NCBI GenBank assembly: GCA_964188305.1 | Contig: OZ076886.1 | Direction: 5' to 3' (one strand) | Source of the DNA: Podarcis bocagei | Taxonomy: Eukaryota | Length of the DNA stretch: 64,000 bases | Shown here: positions 50,081 to 64,000 of the stretch, one piece after another | Position numbering within the stretch: the stretch's first letter is position 1 | How the letters are laid out: each line of letters begins with the position of its first letter | Program-made: the position numbers and the translations under genes | Notes under the pieces: model-generated | What the model was told of the DNA's origin: nothing | Databases searched by the model: none | Seen by the model: only the letters and a program-made list of their open reading frames with translations

Positions 50081-53002
50081 TAATCCCTTTCTCTCTGGCT
50101 GCACACTCAAATCCTTTCTACAATCTGCAGCGCGATTATTATTATTATTGGGGGTGGTTGGAGGGAGGAGGGAGGGGGGATATTTTTAGGACCGGAGGGA
50201 GGGGGTGGGAGAGCGACGCTTTGCAAGCTCCGGACAAGATGCAATTGACCAAGCAGTCTATTTTGAAAGCCGGTGCGGTTTATTAAATAAATAATTTTTT
50301 TCAAAGTTTTTTTTTTTAAATAAAAAATAAAAAAATCACCCACCCTCTCCAATCTGCCTTTCTTGTTATTCAATCTTTTGATCAAATATTCAGTCGGTTC
50401 ATACATATGAATGGAGGGGAAGTGGGGATCGTTAAAAGATGCCTCTCCCTCTAGTTCCTGTGCATACCCATCGCCTGTATATTATTAGGAAGGCTGGACA
50501 GAGCGATCTTATATATATAGTCAGAGATGGGATGTGTTGCTAACTGAAGGAAGGAAGCACGTAGAAAAAGAAGCCGCCCAAGCCGGGTTTCTCGGCACAC
50601 CTTGAGGCCACTGATAATTGGGAGGCGACATATTTGTCTAAAGTGATCTTTCTTGGGATGACAAGGCGAAGCGGAGCTTTAGAGGGGATAGGTTGTTGTT
50701 ATTATTATCATCATCCCGCCACGTTTGGACAGTTCAGCGTGTGCGTGCATAAGAGTGAGTGTGAGTGTGAGTGTGTGTGCCTACGCGCATGCCAGTCCTG
50801 TTTCTGAATGAACAATTTACTTGCCTTTGCCAAATGATGCAGGAAAGCGATTCTTTAATACCACTTTGAATAAAAGTCCCCTCTCCTGCCAAACAGGCTT
50901 TCAATGTCATTGCCTGTTCAAGGATGCATCTGTCACTGCCCAGCAGAATAATAACATCAGGTGGCCAATAAGACACAGTAATACCCTATTAAATACTGGT
51001 CTTTTCTCTGGGCTCACGCATGCTTTCCCATAGATATATCACCCCTTTTTCCTCCCCCCTCCTTTCCCTTACTACCCAGCTGTGGTATTCAGCGTCATAT
51101 TTTATGAATGGATATATGTTTCTAGAAGCAAGGTACAACAGATGTAATGCAGTCGAAGGATATTGCTCAACAGCCCTCACTTTCAAGACCGGTGGGGAGC
51201 TCTCCATGGTACTGGAAATCCTAAATGGCAACGCTAATAGTAGTAAACTGCAAGCAGGAAGTCCTAACATTTGGGAACATGGTCCACAGAGTAGCGTTTT
51301 TGTATGCTATACTGCAAAACCATTCTGCCATGCTGGTCTTTGCTTTTCTTGTGGTGGCTTATCATGTGAGCCTGACACCCCTTAACAGATTATTATGGGC
51401 GGAGATGGCGGGATGCCCCTGAAATGAATTTGATACTGATGTCTGACAGTATTGAAATGCATGTGTGTGAGAGATCAAGAAAGTCATATAGATTGCCCCT
51501 TCAGAAAGTTTGTTTGTCATTTGATAGAGACTGCAATGTGGGAATCAGATTCGTCTGGTACCCCATCTAAAACTGTGAGTTTCAGACTGAGTTGATTGGG
51601 CACAGATAGCCATGAAAAACAAACATGAGTACCTCATAAATTATGAAGGTTTTTTGTTTTGTTTTGTTTTAAAAAATGGCACTTCCCTTTTAAGACACTA
51701 GAAAGTGGGAACCCAAACTTTCTCACTGAAAATTCCATTTCCCCATCCAGAGAGTTAGTCACTGGCAATCTCCCCATTAATTTCCATGGAACTGAAGGAA
51801 GATACGCAGGCACTAAGTTCAGTAGGACCTACACCTAAGAATGCATCATAGAAATGCAGCTTTGCTTTCTCTCTGAATTGGACCTCACACATATTTACAC
51901 TAAACACCCACATTTGACACTTTAGTGTGTCTTGGCTAATTACCAAGTATGTACGGATTTTCAAGCTATCTCATAACAAGGAACCCATTGCACATTGTAT
52001 TTAGCCCATATTTATGAACATGGACACACAGCATGAAAATATAGGAAGTGAGATGAAAACACATATTGTCATGTTGTGAAGAAAATATAATCTTTTTTAA
52101 AAAACAACAACAACAACAACCTGCCTGTGCATGGTCAAGAAGAGTATATGGTGTCCCATTGCTAGGGATCAAAAAGGAAAATCAACCATCATATGGGCCT
52201 TTTTCTTTTCTGTACTTCATCTATCAAGCCTGATATATATTGGCCTGTGGTCCAGGCATGCATGTTCTGTATGCACACCCGCTTGATTTTTTGTCTTTGT
52301 TTTTCCCCCCATGTTGTATTTCCAGCAGCTACTTTCCAAAGACCTTCTATGTGCATCCAGTTGAGGATCTCTCCAATTTTATCACCCTCTAAGAGCACCC
52401 ACATCAAATGTCCACACTGCTTTTTGTTTCAAATGTGGGAAGTGGGTTCAGCATGGTAAGGGTATTCTGTGAGGCCAGCTACTTGAAACATAATTCTGAA
52501 AAACAATTCAGGAATTCATGCATCACCCATTTGAACATGAGCTTTACATACCTATAAAATTAATGCCTAGTTGCATATATCTCCTCAGTGTCTCAGTGAT
52601 GGTCTCTTGGTGGTGACCTTTTCAAAATACCAAACATGTGCAGCCTAAATACACAAGGTGGATTTTTCATTAACTGCTTGCCCAATGTGGAGATCACTTA
52701 ATCCAGAGGTCTAAGATATAGCTCTCTATTTGCTTATAGTGACAATGGATAAGGATGGATAAGGATGACATTCCTGTAGCTCTATCTTCAAGCTACTATA
52801 GTCTTAAAATTAAAAATGTTAGTTTGGTATTTCATGTAACCTGAAACGGTGAGAGTAGGTTTACACTGTACTTTCTTTGCATCATATTTTTCTGACTGAT
52901 TTAGGGCTTCAGTTGTGCAGTCTTGGTTGTTTCTTGGTTTGTTTATGTAAAAAACAGTATGTACAATTACTTGAAAGTAAATCCTACTGAATTAAGTGGA
53001 CC

Positions 53003-53329
53003 TAACCACAGAGACTAGGACTTGCCGATCAGAAGGTCAGCAGTTTGAATTCCCGCAATGAGGTGAGCTCCCGTTGCTCGGTCCCTGCTCCTGCTAACCT
53101 AGCAGTTCAAAAGCATGTCAAGTGCAAGTAGATAAATAGGTACCACTCCGGCAGGAAGGTAAACAGCATTTCCATGTGCTGCTCTGGTTCTCCAGAAGCA
53201 GCTTAGTCATGCTGGCCACATGACCCGAAAGCTGTACGCCGGCTCCCTCGGCCAGTAAAGCGAGATGAGCGCCACAACCCCAGAGTAATCTGCGACTGGA
53301 CTTAATGGTCAGAGGTCCATTTACCTTTA
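53003..53329 (+). mobile_element. Sauria SINE, 5'-truncated
   Basis: Colinear with the 6302 copy from aaccacagag to tttaccttta. Confidence 0.9.
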
Positions 53330-53562
53330 ACTTATGAGCAAACAAGCATATGATTGCCTGATACCCCCCCCCCCAAAAAAACCCCTCTCTTTACTAGTAG
53401 TCACCAGTTCATTCCAGGTGCCAGCGTCTAGATTATGTTGTTTTGCTTTGTTTATTTTGATATTGGAGCAGGAGAACACCACAAGAAATCATTTCTAAAG
53501 AGGTCAATAATAGGATAGTTTCAGGAAATTAAACATTCTCAGTACTACTGAATTAATGTCTA

Positions 53563-53566
<4 letters not shown>

Positions 53567-53598
<32 letters not shown>
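53567..53598. repeat. (CA)n microsatellite
   Basis: Read directly. Confidence 0.97.
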
Positions 53599-53600
<2 letters not shown>

Positions 53601-53882
53601 TGGTAATTCTGCCATAGACTTCAAAAGCACATAGCTAGCACTCACAGTGAGTGGCAAATGTTATGTAGTCTATAGGTAGCTAGCATGTAACACCCCATTA
53701 CCTTATTCCAACATAAATGAGATTTTCTGGAAAGCATTGCAACTCTTAGTTAAACATACAAATACTGCAGAAATAGAAGCTTGGGGATTAGGCTGGAGAA
53801 CTCTTTTTTGTCTGTTGACTGAAACCCATCACAATCTTGGTCAACCTTACAGGGGCTGCATGTCAGTGGTGGGTGAATGGAC

Positions 53883-54109
53883 GTAAAAGGTAAAGGACCT
53901 TTGGACAGTTAAGTCCAATCAAAAGCGACTATGGGGTGCGGTGCTCATCACACTTTTCAGGCTGAGGGAGCCAGCGTTTGTCCACAGACAGTACGTTCCT
54001 GCCCCAGTGGTACCTATTTATCTACTTGCACTGGCATGCTTTCAAACTGCTAGGTTGGCAGAAGCTGGGACAGAGCAACAGGAGCTCACCCCATCATACG
54101 GATTTGAAC
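53883..54109 (-). mobile_element. Sauria SINE, internally deleted and 5'-truncated
   Basis: aaaggtaaagg tail, ggtacctatttatctacttgcac and gagctcacccc are reverse complements of the 6302 copy. Confidence 0.85.
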
Positions 54110-55004
54110 AACAGATGTGAATCTTACTTTTGTGTCGTAGGCTATATTCCACTCATGCAAAAGTCAGAGCTTTTTACACCTCATTAGTCCACCCAAGCAA
54201 GCAACAAGCATAAACACATTTCAGATACACCCTCTAGGCTGACAAAGGCTGGTGGATGTGGCCTGGGGAGGGACAGATCTTGGGGAAAGTCCCAAGGTCA
54301 AGCTAGAGAGTGCTGCATTCAGTTCACAGGCCTGAGGTTCCTCACCACCTCTGCTCTAAGGGATGCCTTCATGGCCGTGGCCTCCTTTAGGAACTTTTCC
54401 ATATGTGAACAGGGCACACCCCATCAGCTCAATTAAATTACCATACCTTCCATGAAAAGCAAGTGGAAAGGAGAAAGATATAGGAAAAGTCATAGTTCAG
54501 TGGCAGACATGCTTTCATGACACAAGCCGAGACCATTGGCTTGGGCAGCAGGCACAGGGAAGCAATGGATTAGCAACTCCTCTCCTACCTCTCATTTGCT
54601 TGCCTTATTATCTGCCCAGCCTGACACTGATCCTATTGCTGGTACTGACCATCCACTCAACTAGCAAGGCTGTGCATTTCTCCCTCACCTCCTTCCTGTC
54701 TCACTCCTGAGGTCCTTCCTCAGATTAGGCTTTCTGGGCAATGTGGTTGGGACGGTGCCTCTGCCTGCATGGCCATTTGCCACGGTGACTAAAAATGCTT
54801 TTTAAATTTTGTGTGTGTGTGTAAGTTTGAAGTTGTTTGGTGCTTCCCACATTGAAAGGCAGATAGGTGGAAAGTCTATTGCAATGAACAAAGCACCTAA
54901 AGGGGGAAAAGTAAGCATGTAGCAGGGGGAAAGCAACAGAAAGAAGAGTGTGGTGGCACTGGGAACTGCTCGGGTGGCACAATCTGTTGAACTGGCCCTG
55001 GTGT

Positions 55005-55165
55005 CAGATCATACGTTTGCCTGCAGAAAGTCCCAGGCTCATTTCATGGCACCTAAAGTGAGGGCTTGGAAAGGCTGCTGTGCTGTCTGAAACCCTGGTG
55101 TGTAGACAATACTCAGATGGCCCAGTGCTCTGACTCAGAATTAAGCAGCTTTCTATATTTCATAT
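55005..55165 (+). mobile_element. tRNA-derived SINE (same family as 12786), degraded
   Basis: tgcagaaagtcccagg...tgtctgaaaccctgg...gacaatactc...ctgactcag...gcagctttctat. Confidence 0.65.
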
Positions 55166-56682
55166 ATGATAATTAAACTTGGAGCAATAAATTAACAGAC
55201 ATCTTTTTTCCTTCAGCTTTAACCATGAAATATTTGCAAAGAAATAAAAGAATGAAGTGCAGCACTTTATTGCTTTATTCTTCCCTTCAGTCAAATAATC
55301 ATCCTAATAAATTTAAATCAAATGGGTCACACGTAATATTAAAATTAAGCGAAGAGTGGAAGTGCAGTTGCCAGAAATTGAAACAAAGTGAATAGGTGAC
55401 ATGTACGCTACTAGAGGGGCCTGGATGGTGAATATGACTGGCTGGGAATAGGGAACCTTCTTGCAGGCATGGAATAAAGGCAAGCGAGTCGGCTGGAGGA
55501 CAGCGGAGGAATGAAGTACTATATCATCCCAGCACAGAAAGTGAGTTGGTTGCCAGAGGAGGAAACTCCCTCTTCCATGCCAAGCAGAGCAATACAGTGG
55601 GCTGCTGGAGGAGGGGCAGAGCCAGCCCTGAATGCTAGTACAATTCTTTTCCTTTTTGCAAGCTAGTAACTTTTATGGGCTTATTTACAAGGCAGACGTT
55701 TTATTAAAACTGTCAGTGTTGCACCAGACATGTGGTGAGCTAAGATCTGGTTATACTATAAAGCATCAGGAGATCATCACACAACAAGGGCAGCTGCTCT
55801 AAAATACTGAGCCAAACCACATTTCCCCAGGGTAGGATTGTGGGACTGCTCATTCCCACACAAACTCAAGCACACCACTTACCTCCAAAGGGAGGTGAGA
55901 GCTTGGCATTGGCATTGTGTTCTTTCTGGCACCAGGTTGTTTTTATTTATTTATTTCTGGCCTCTTTCTATCAATTTCAGTAAATGACAAAACTAAACTA
56001 AACATGTTGATATACAGATAAACTATCCAGAGTGAGGATTCAAATGGTACGTACCAAATACAGAAGCATAACGCAGAGTTTATTAAACAGTGTCCCTCAG
56101 AGATTACTTAGGAGTAATGTGTGCCTGCCACATTGGAATCTGAGACACAGGAAAATGCATTAGTGATGTCCCTTATTAACACAGACCCATGCTTAAATTT
56201 TTTTATAATATTGTTGTAGCTGATTTATTGTGGTTTTGGTTTATTGCTCCTCAGAGTGTGTTGCTTTTGTTTTTATTCCAAAATACACCATTGGGACCAA
56301 CCAAAATGGCACAAAGGTGTGACGAGCTTTTGAGTTCCCCAGAGCTCTTCATTAGGGAAGCTGTTACAGGAAGCAGGTGGTAAGGGGACAAGGAAAAAGA
56401 AGGGAGGAAAGCATAAACATTAGGCTGATATTCTAGCTATGAGTTCAGCTTGTAGATTCCATTCCGGTATAGAGATTTGAAACTAAATTATTCCCTCCCT
56501 GGTGCTACAGACATCTTGCGACACATCTAGGATTCTGGGATGAAGAACCAGTGACTCCTCCCACCCCAGTCTCTGAGAATTTAATATTGTGTTCCTATTT
56601 GGAATTTTTATGTCAAGGCCCTTGGACCCATCACTAAACGAATTGCAACTAAATGTATGAATTACACCAACTGAAATATATA

Positions 56683-56784
56683 GGGCTGTATTCAACACTG
56701 CACACACAGAGTTCTCCTCCTTTTCCTCTTCCCAGGATCTCAAAATCTGCTGCACTAGCAAGACAGCCGTGTTGAATATGACCC
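56683..56784. mobile_element. Small TIR element (MITE)
   Basis: gggctgtattcaacac / gtgttgaatatgaccc inverted termini. Confidence 0.6.
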
Positions 56785-56794
56785 ATGATTCCTC

Positions 56795-56995
56795 TCAAAT
56801 GAGCCCAGAGTAGCAATCACACAAGTGATAAAAACAATGTCTTATAAATATCTTAAAACTGTTCCAGAACAGATGCAGACTGGGAAACATCTCTTCTTAA
56901 ATGGCTTGTTGGAAGAGGAAGGTCTTCAATAGGTGCCTAGAAGGCAACAGGAACAGTGCCTGTCTAGTATCAAACAGGAGGGAATTCCAAAGACT
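56795..56995 (-). mobile_element. L2 LINE 3' fragment
   Basis: Reversed LWNSL/ARxAP/FRxLLKTFLF-type end (gaggaaggtcttcaataggtgcc...gggaattccaaag). Confidence 0.6.
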
Positions 56996-58477
56996 TCAGG
57001 TTGCATTCTCCCATTCTTATCCCTGATAAAGATGCCCAAGGCCGATCCAATCCCATAACCAGGCCTGAATCCAATTTGAAATGTGTCACAAACCAATGGA
57101 TCCAGACTGGGCTTTTTCAGGAGTCCTTGGACAGTGGTCTCAATTGCTCCAAAATCTGCCAGGATCCAAGTCTTTTGTGTGAAATGAGTTACAGATTTGG
57201 CTGATTAGCATCAGGCACACCTCTTCATGGTTTGGACTGCAGAGGAAGACAGCTGGAGAGTGGCACATGCAATCAGTGGGATGCTCAGTATTTAGTGTTC
57301 TCTTCAAGCATCATGCCAATAGCACTGTGCTTCATCATCTGCACCAGCTCCACAGGTACAGGGGAGGATTTGGACAAAGCAGACAGCCACACTTCATATG
57401 CAATTACTATGCTGCAATAGGTCTGTCAGAAAAGTATGAACCTGATAGGCTCCATTTAGTAGCTCCCCTTGCTCCCTTTCTCTCTCCAGGGAATTTGTTC
57501 TTTTAATCTTTCTCCTTCTTCCCCAAAGAATGTGTAAGTATGAAAAGAAGTGTGGCTACAGCTGTTTTCAAGGGTCTTATTTACACACTTGTCAAACGAG
57601 CGCAATAACTATTTCATACACAAAACAATTCACCATCAAGGAAAATCGGATGTGACCAGGGTTTTCATACCTTCTTTATTTAGCTATTATGTAAACATAC
57701 CCAAAAAATATTCTGCAATCCTTTGCTAAAATATTACTCCTGTTCCATTTTAATGTGAGGTATATGGGCTTTCTATTTGGATAGATATGTCCACCAGCCT
57801 AACACAATGTGTGTTTTATGAATGCTGAAGCAGCTCGTTGTAGATCAAACACCCAAATGATGATATAAATCCCAGAGTAATTCTGCACACTCTGTACATG
57901 GCTGTCATAGTTGTTGATGTGACTGGAGTTTTAACCGCTCCTAATCATGACACAGAGACAATGTTTACATTATATCAGGGGAGTCCTCACATTCCATCTT
58001 TCTTTTCAAAGTCACCTTTCTCATGAAATAATCCCTGTGGAATTCAGCAGGGCAAATGCAGAGCTGCCTAGTCTTTTTCCTCCTTTTATGTTTAAATTTT
58101 AATTCAAGTACATAAAAGAGCTCACTAAATCAAAAAATTAATTGGTATTTATAGGGTGATGATATGTCACATTTATATTGGTGTTATTGTTCTCCCACTG
58201 CAGATGTGGGAGCCAATGCTGAAAGATGGCGACCCCCATCATGAGTTCATAGTAGATGCAAGATCTGAAATAGGGACTTTCCAGATGACCACTCAGTCTC
58301 AGGGCCCATGAATGGAAAATCAGTATTTTTGCAGAAGACCTCTATAGGAAAGAAATGAAAGAGGTGAAGACAGTAGTAATGATATCTGGTTAATAACAAT
58401 GCAGTTTACTATTTGGATATTTGTTACTGTTCCATGAAAATCACAATATGTGCTGCACCAGAATGAAGGCTTTGAAC

Positions 58478-59213
58478 ATAGCCAAAGAAACATTTTTTAT
58501 TGTTTTTAACCTCTCTTGCAATTCATCCTGAGCTTTGACCTGCCTGACCTTCTTCCTGCAACTGTTGGCTTCTCATGCATACTTTTCCTTCATGGTTTCC
58601 CCTTTCTTCCATGTCTTATACATGCCCTTCTTAAATCTCAGCTCATCTGTAAGCTTTTTATGCAGTCACACTGGTTTCCTTAGACGCCTCCTATTTTTCT
58701 TTCTTGTTGAAATTGTCTGCATTTGTGTCCTCTTTTACTTTAAGAAACTTCCATCCATCTTGGACTCCCTTCTCTTTAAGCATTTCTGACCATGGGGTCT
58801 CACTCAGTAGTTCCTTAAGCTTTTTGAAATCAGCCTTCTTATAATCCAGACTGCATGTTAGACAACACTCAGCTTTCCCATGCCTCTGTATAATGAAACC
58901 CAAGAAGATATAAACATTTCCTCTCAAGGCTCCCAATACTTCCATGTTGTTGATCAGTTCCTCCCTGTTGGTGAGGACCAGGTCCAAAATAAATGATCCC
59001 CTTGTTTCCTCTTCCACCTTCTGGGAAATGAAATTGTCAGTGAGACAATGGAAGAATTTATTGGACCTTCCATTCTCTGCAGAATTTGAGTTCTAGCAGA
59101 TATTGGAGCAGTTGAAGTCTCCCATGACTACTATCTTTCTCCTTTTTGAATATTTGGTAATCTGTATCATCCAAGTCTTCAGACTGACTTGGAGGTCTAT
59201 AGCAGACACCTAT
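58478..59213 (-). mobile_element. CR1 LINE ORF2 fragment (endonuclease C-terminus and linker)
   Basis: GVCYRPPSQ, MGDFN, TRGSFILDLVLTN, DYKKADF..L..L...PW, KGVQDGWKFLK (ORF 58691..59017). Confidence 0.9.
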
Positions 59214-59786
59214 AGCTGTAATTTGAATATATTTCTGTGTATGGATAAAAAAGCATGATACGGCTATGCACTAAATCTGAGGCTTAGTTCATAAAGCAGC
59301 ATTTGTTCCACCAGTAGCAAGAAACCAAATGCTTAATCACATTATACAGAATTATAGTACCATAAATTTCTGCGCTGAATGGCTGGTGCCAATGGCCATA
59401 TGACTGCATGATTGATGCTACATACATTGAATAAAGACAGTGACATGCTCCAGCCTCTCAAATATAACAAACAACTCTGTTTTCCTTCACATGCCAAATC
59501 AGATACATAATGAGCATTGTCAGGAAGATGAGACTGATACAAATTACAACTCATGGGTTAGCGATCCACCATGTGCATACAGATAAAACAAATTAGCACA
59601 TGAAACAACAACATTTGAAACATTAGAGACTATACCATGAGTCTAGTGATCTGGCAGATGGTAACTAGAGGTGGTCTATTCTTGGCCTTCTTTCTCTGAT
59701 GTAAAAAGAAAAGGTGGAGGCTCAACAGAAGAAATAAAAGTCACTCTTATAAAGGCATTAGGTATAATTTTAAAAAACAGAATTGA

Positions 59787-60297
59787 GCCTGCATTCAGAT
59801 GGCACTTTACTTGATCTTTCCAATGTTTCCTTAACTGTTAATTTTAGCATCTTTTGTGATCTATCACATGATGTAAAATATACTTCTAGTGCATTCTAGT
59901 ATACATTTCATGCTCATTTATTTCTGTATTAATTGTTTACTGAAAAATCCATTTGCAACCCTGGAAGACCATAATGTAACGGGAGTTCTGCTCACATAAT
60001 GAAATTCCGGGCGGTATTATGGCATACTGCCCAGTGAATCATGGGAGGAACAGAAGCATACATGCCTGGTGAAGGTGGGGGAGTTGCAACATGTCCAATG
60101 ACGTTCATTGTTGTGTCACACCCCACCCACTGGTGCAAATGAAATGTATTGCTACATGGCAGCGTATCAATCAAAAAGCCACAGCTCCATAATGCAACAG
60201 GTACTGTAGTGTAAAAGGAACACTGGAAATCAGGACAGAAGTGTCAGCATTCTAACCAGTAAAACTAACGCAATGAATCACCCACCTGAATGCAGAC
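59787..60297. mobile_element. Non-autonomous DNA transposon (~510 bp) with TIRs
   Basis: TIRs gcctgcattcagatgg / ccacctgaatgcagac (14/16); an inverted fragment of the same family lies at ~8615-8725. Confidence 0.65.
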
Positions 60298-63200
60298 TTA
60301 TTGAAACAGCAACAGTAATAATTGTGTTTCCCCAAATTCCCCACTCCTGTGAACTGTGATGTTGAATATCCTCCACATATTATCTGCCCTACTAGAATGT
60401 ATATTACTTGCATTTGCCACGCAACAATAACAGATGTTCGTATTTGGTATCTAACCATTGATATTTCCAGTATATGACCACTAACATGACATTCATTGAA
60501 GAGACATTTCGTATTTGTCAGGATGTTTTACTACTCTTTCACTTTGGAAGTGGAAAAGTCATCCAAATCAACTTCAAATAGATGGAAAAAATACACTGTA
60601 ATATTTGGAAATATTTAAATATGCATGAAATGACAAATGTAATAAACCTCATTGGATAAGTAGAGAATCTCAAGCCACAGTTTTTTGCTAATCAAATCAC
60701 ATACATGGATCCATAAGTTGTCTGGCACAAACATCTATTAAGCCTGGTAATGGAAATGTACTTGTTCTATCACTTTATAATTATATGATTAAAATAGTTC
60801 TTGGCCTCAGTAGACATGCAGTGCAATAGGACTAGACACAACGACAGACAAGTGTGCCTTCCTTTTGATTTGCACCCCTGTTGCATTCTAATAAGTGCTT
60901 CAAAGTGAAGTTTGTTCAGTGGTTTAGGGGAAAAATGGCCACTTGGGGCAGAAAGCAGAGCTGGGGTTTGTTGAAAAGGGCAGAGCTATCCAACCCTTTA
61001 AATAGTAGACTTTTTAGCTGCAATGCAAAGTACTTTATGTATTCCAGACTTCACATAAGGAGCACTGAAACCTTTTCCCCCCCAGGTGATACATTACACA
61101 AGCCCCCTTGTCATCTTTGCCAGACCACTTGTGACCATGGACAGAGCCGGTCCTACCATTAGACAGAGTGAGTCAGCCACCTCAGGTGGAAGCTGGGGGC
61201 AGGGAGCAGCAAAAAGGTATTGGAGGTCAAAGCTGTATGTGCCACAAGGCCTGACTATGACCTGCCCTCATGTGCAGTGTAGGATGCTGTCCATCACCAG
61301 TACTAATGTAAGATTCAGCTGCCAATCTAGTCGACTTCTGTGCATGTAATGAGATGGATACCACTTTATCCTTCTCTTCAAGCAGCAAAGTATCTTGGGG
61401 CAATCCTGTATGGGAAGTCACTCTGCGAGTCTGGAGAACTCTATTTGTAACCTACCTCACAGGATTGTTGTGAAGATAGAAGGGAAGGGTAACTGTATGT
61501 GCTGCCTTCAGTGCTTTGGAAGAAAGATGGAATACCGGTATTAATATTTTAAAGTCAGTACTGAAAATGCTGAAATTAAAATAAGCTTTTCATTTTTCCT
61601 CTTTCCTAAACATCTGCCCAAAGGCTTGCTCCTGGTAGTAGGGTGCTAACATGGATTTTCATAATTATAAAAATTATCTGGCATTCAGATGGTGCCACTA
61701 AATCTTCATTGCATTTAAAATGGCAGTTGGATTCTTTTCCAGAGTGAGAATGCATTGGCCAGATATTATGACTAACTGTCTGTCTTGGGTCATTTACATT
61801 AACTGGATTTTTAGTACTTTAATAATGCATCTGTCTGAAGGTACGAGCTTTATAGTTGTCAGCCAAAGGTTTTGTAAGACCTTTTCCGTCATCTGTAATA
61901 TCAAAAGAAGAGAAAATAGGGTCATTGTTCCAAACAATTGTAATTCTGCCATCAATTCCCATCATGGCCTGCATCCTACTTAAAATTAAAGAAAGCCAAC
62001 TTCTCATGTCCTTTGTATATCGCAAAAAAATAGCATAATAAATTTACAGTAATATCTACAACACATGGTTCATTATTAGGGGTCAATTTATAAGTTCTTG
62101 GTTCATGAATTGGTTTAAACAAAAACAAAGGGGAAACAGAACAAAACAGACAAAGGGACTAGGAAAACAGGTAGGATAAGATGCCTCTGAATGCAGCCCT
62201 AATCCTAGTCCTATGTTAAACGACTGGGGTGTAGAGGAGTGCAATCTCTTCCTCTATGGATCACAAGTGGTCTTGTAAGAAGGGCTTTTTGAGAGCTGAT
62301 AGGGGAGGGGTATGTCTAGTTTACATGCAGCGGAAAACCTGAGTCACAGTATATGTGTGGAGACCACTCACACTGATGATGCATAGAAACTGTTTTCTGA
62401 CACTGCTGGTAGCATATTTAAATTCACTTGGCAGTCTAAGCACATGAGCTCGTATTTGAAAAAGGTTTACTGCTGAAGGTTATACTGTGCTTTTTCAACA
62501 AACCATAAATCTGCAGCCGGTTAAGACTCCTGGACAATAAAACAGGAGGCAAATCTGGTAGGCATGGTCCACTGAAAAAAAGGTAAATGTTGTTGTTTTT
62601 TAATGAACAAATTAGCTGAATATGGCTTGCTCAGTTTTGTTAATGAAGGTTGTACAGAAGAGAATTTTTACTGCAGTCCTTTTTACTCTGTGCTGACTTT
62701 GCCAAATATCTCCCTTCCTTCCCTTCCCTTCCCTTCCCTTCCCCACCCCATCAGCCTTTTTTCAGTTTTTGAGCATGAGCAAAAGCCTGCACTGTAACAG
62801 TTTCAATTTTCTGAATATCATGGGAGAACATCAAATAACTTGGACAATCAAAGGGATGTTTGATGTTTCGAGCAGACACCATGAGAATGGTCTTAGCAGA
62901 GATAAATCTGTTAAGCTTATTCGGGCAAAATAATCAAGCTGATCTTGCATGTGCCCAAAAGGGGCTTCTAATGAAATCTCTAGAAATTGTATTTTGCCCC
63001 TTTACATAAAAGCCCAATTCCCAACCCTGCCAAGCCAATACATTTTAACTGATCTACAGCCTGATCCTTAATGCATGGCTCAGCTGTTTGACTTCAACAG
63101 CTCTCATTTCCAAATAATGTAGAGCTAGAATGGCACTTTTCAAGTGCAAAGGACCATTTTTATATTATGGCTCCTCTCCCACGGAACACCAGCATGTGGC

Positions 63201-63456
63201 AGAGGCTCCTGGGCTATGCTCTGGGATGATTGCTCAGTGCTTCTGCTGCCCAGGATTTGGTGCACTGGCCAATATTTAGAAGTCTGATTTTGGAGGATAG
63301 CTGTGTTTGGTTCCCATGCTGTTTTAGAAAGTGCAAATTGGAGAGGTTTACCTTTAAGTGCTAAGCTGAATTGTATTTCAGTGCCTTTTCCTACTGGGAA
63401 TCATGACATTCAGCCCCCATGATCCCTGGTGGGGAGAAAAATGCTGCTCGTGTTAC

Positions 63457-63840
63457 GATTATTATTATTTATTGAATTTTTATACTGCCCTATACCTGGA
63501 GGTCTCAGGGCGGTTCACGTAAAAAGATCACAGTATATAGAATAAAAATAAAAGCAATAACCCAATAATACCCCCCCCAAAAAAAGCCACATTTTAAAAG
63601 GGTATGGGATGTTGATCAGGTCAAACCAAAGGCCTGGTTAAAAAGGAACGTTTTTGCCTGATGCCTAAAGGTATATAATGAAGGTGCCAGGTGAACTTCC
63701 CTGGGGAGAGCATTCCACAGACGAAGAGCCACTGCAGAGAAGGCCCGTTCTCATGTTGCCACCCTCCGGACCTCTCGAGGAGGCAGCACATGAAGGAGGC
63801 CTCAGAAGATGATCTCAGGGTCCGGGTAAGTTCATATGGA
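63457..63840 (-). mobile_element. L2 LINE 3' end
   Basis: PYELTRTLRSSSEA and degenerate RAFS.../LWNALP C-terminal motifs; tgaaccgccctgagacc 3'UTR and (AAT)n tail; a related tail at ~47015-47130. Confidence 0.85.
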
Positions 63841-63911
63841 ACAAAGATGGAAGCATCTTTGCTTCTCATACAGTCAAGGGCAGAGGAGAGCCAGGCAAGT
63901 CTCCCCAATGT

Positions 63912-64000
63912 GAGAGCCAGTGTGGTGTAGTGGTTAAGAGCGGTAGTCACGTAATCTGGGGAACCGGGTTTGCGTCTCCGCTCCTCCACATGCAGCTGCT
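63912..64000 (+). mobile_element. Squam3-type SINE, cut by the window end
   Basis: gagagccagtgtggtgtagtggttaagagcggtag head. Confidence 0.88.

Larger units (their letters stand above)
48980..50250. promoter_or_regulatory. CpG island / GABRA1 promoter
   Basis: Sharp rise in GC and CpG against the AT-rich background; ETS-like ACCGGATGT 49911-49919, CRE-like TGACTTCA 49931-49938, CCAAT 49994-49998, GC box 49999-50004. Confidence 0.85.

Noticed and set aside
50300-64000. GABRA6 exons upstream (and GABRG2 exons in 1-14000)
   Set aside because: No Cys-loop receptor coding sequence seen; neighbours are presumably outside the window

Overview
Vertebrate genomic DNA, not prokaryotic. The repeat content (Sauria/Squam1 SINEs, (CTT)n-tailed Squam3-type SINEs, L2/CR1/RTE/Rex1 fragments, hAT and Harbinger-like MITEs) points to a squamate, most likely a lacertid lizard. 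The window holds one protein-coding gene, GABRA1 (GABA-A receptor alpha-1 subunit), on the minus strand. It runs from a CpG-island promoter and non-coding exon 1 at ~49.6-50.0 kb, through eight visible coding exons (44641 down to the stop at 17392, 1306 nt, all GT-AG and phase-consistent), to a ~2.65 kb 3'UTR ending near 14.74 kb. The signal-peptide exon is not visible and probably lies in the N-gap at 48431-48630. Nearly all other ORFs in the track are spurious or transposon-derived. I see no wholly new gene system; the best leads are RNA-level features of GABRA1. (1) The TM3 Ile codon is AUA inside a GABRA3-like I/M editing hairpin, with a candidate inducer hairpin downstream and a young SINE upstream. 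(2) An interrupted CGG repeat in the 5'UTR is in frame with a CUG-start poly-Ala uORF. (3) An inverted SINE pair brackets a frame-preserving 669-nt exon block (circRNA candidate). (4) There is a candidate poison exon. (5) The protein has unusual changes in the gephyrin-binding loop and extracellular domain. Comparisons with human, rat and chicken are from memory and need alignment.
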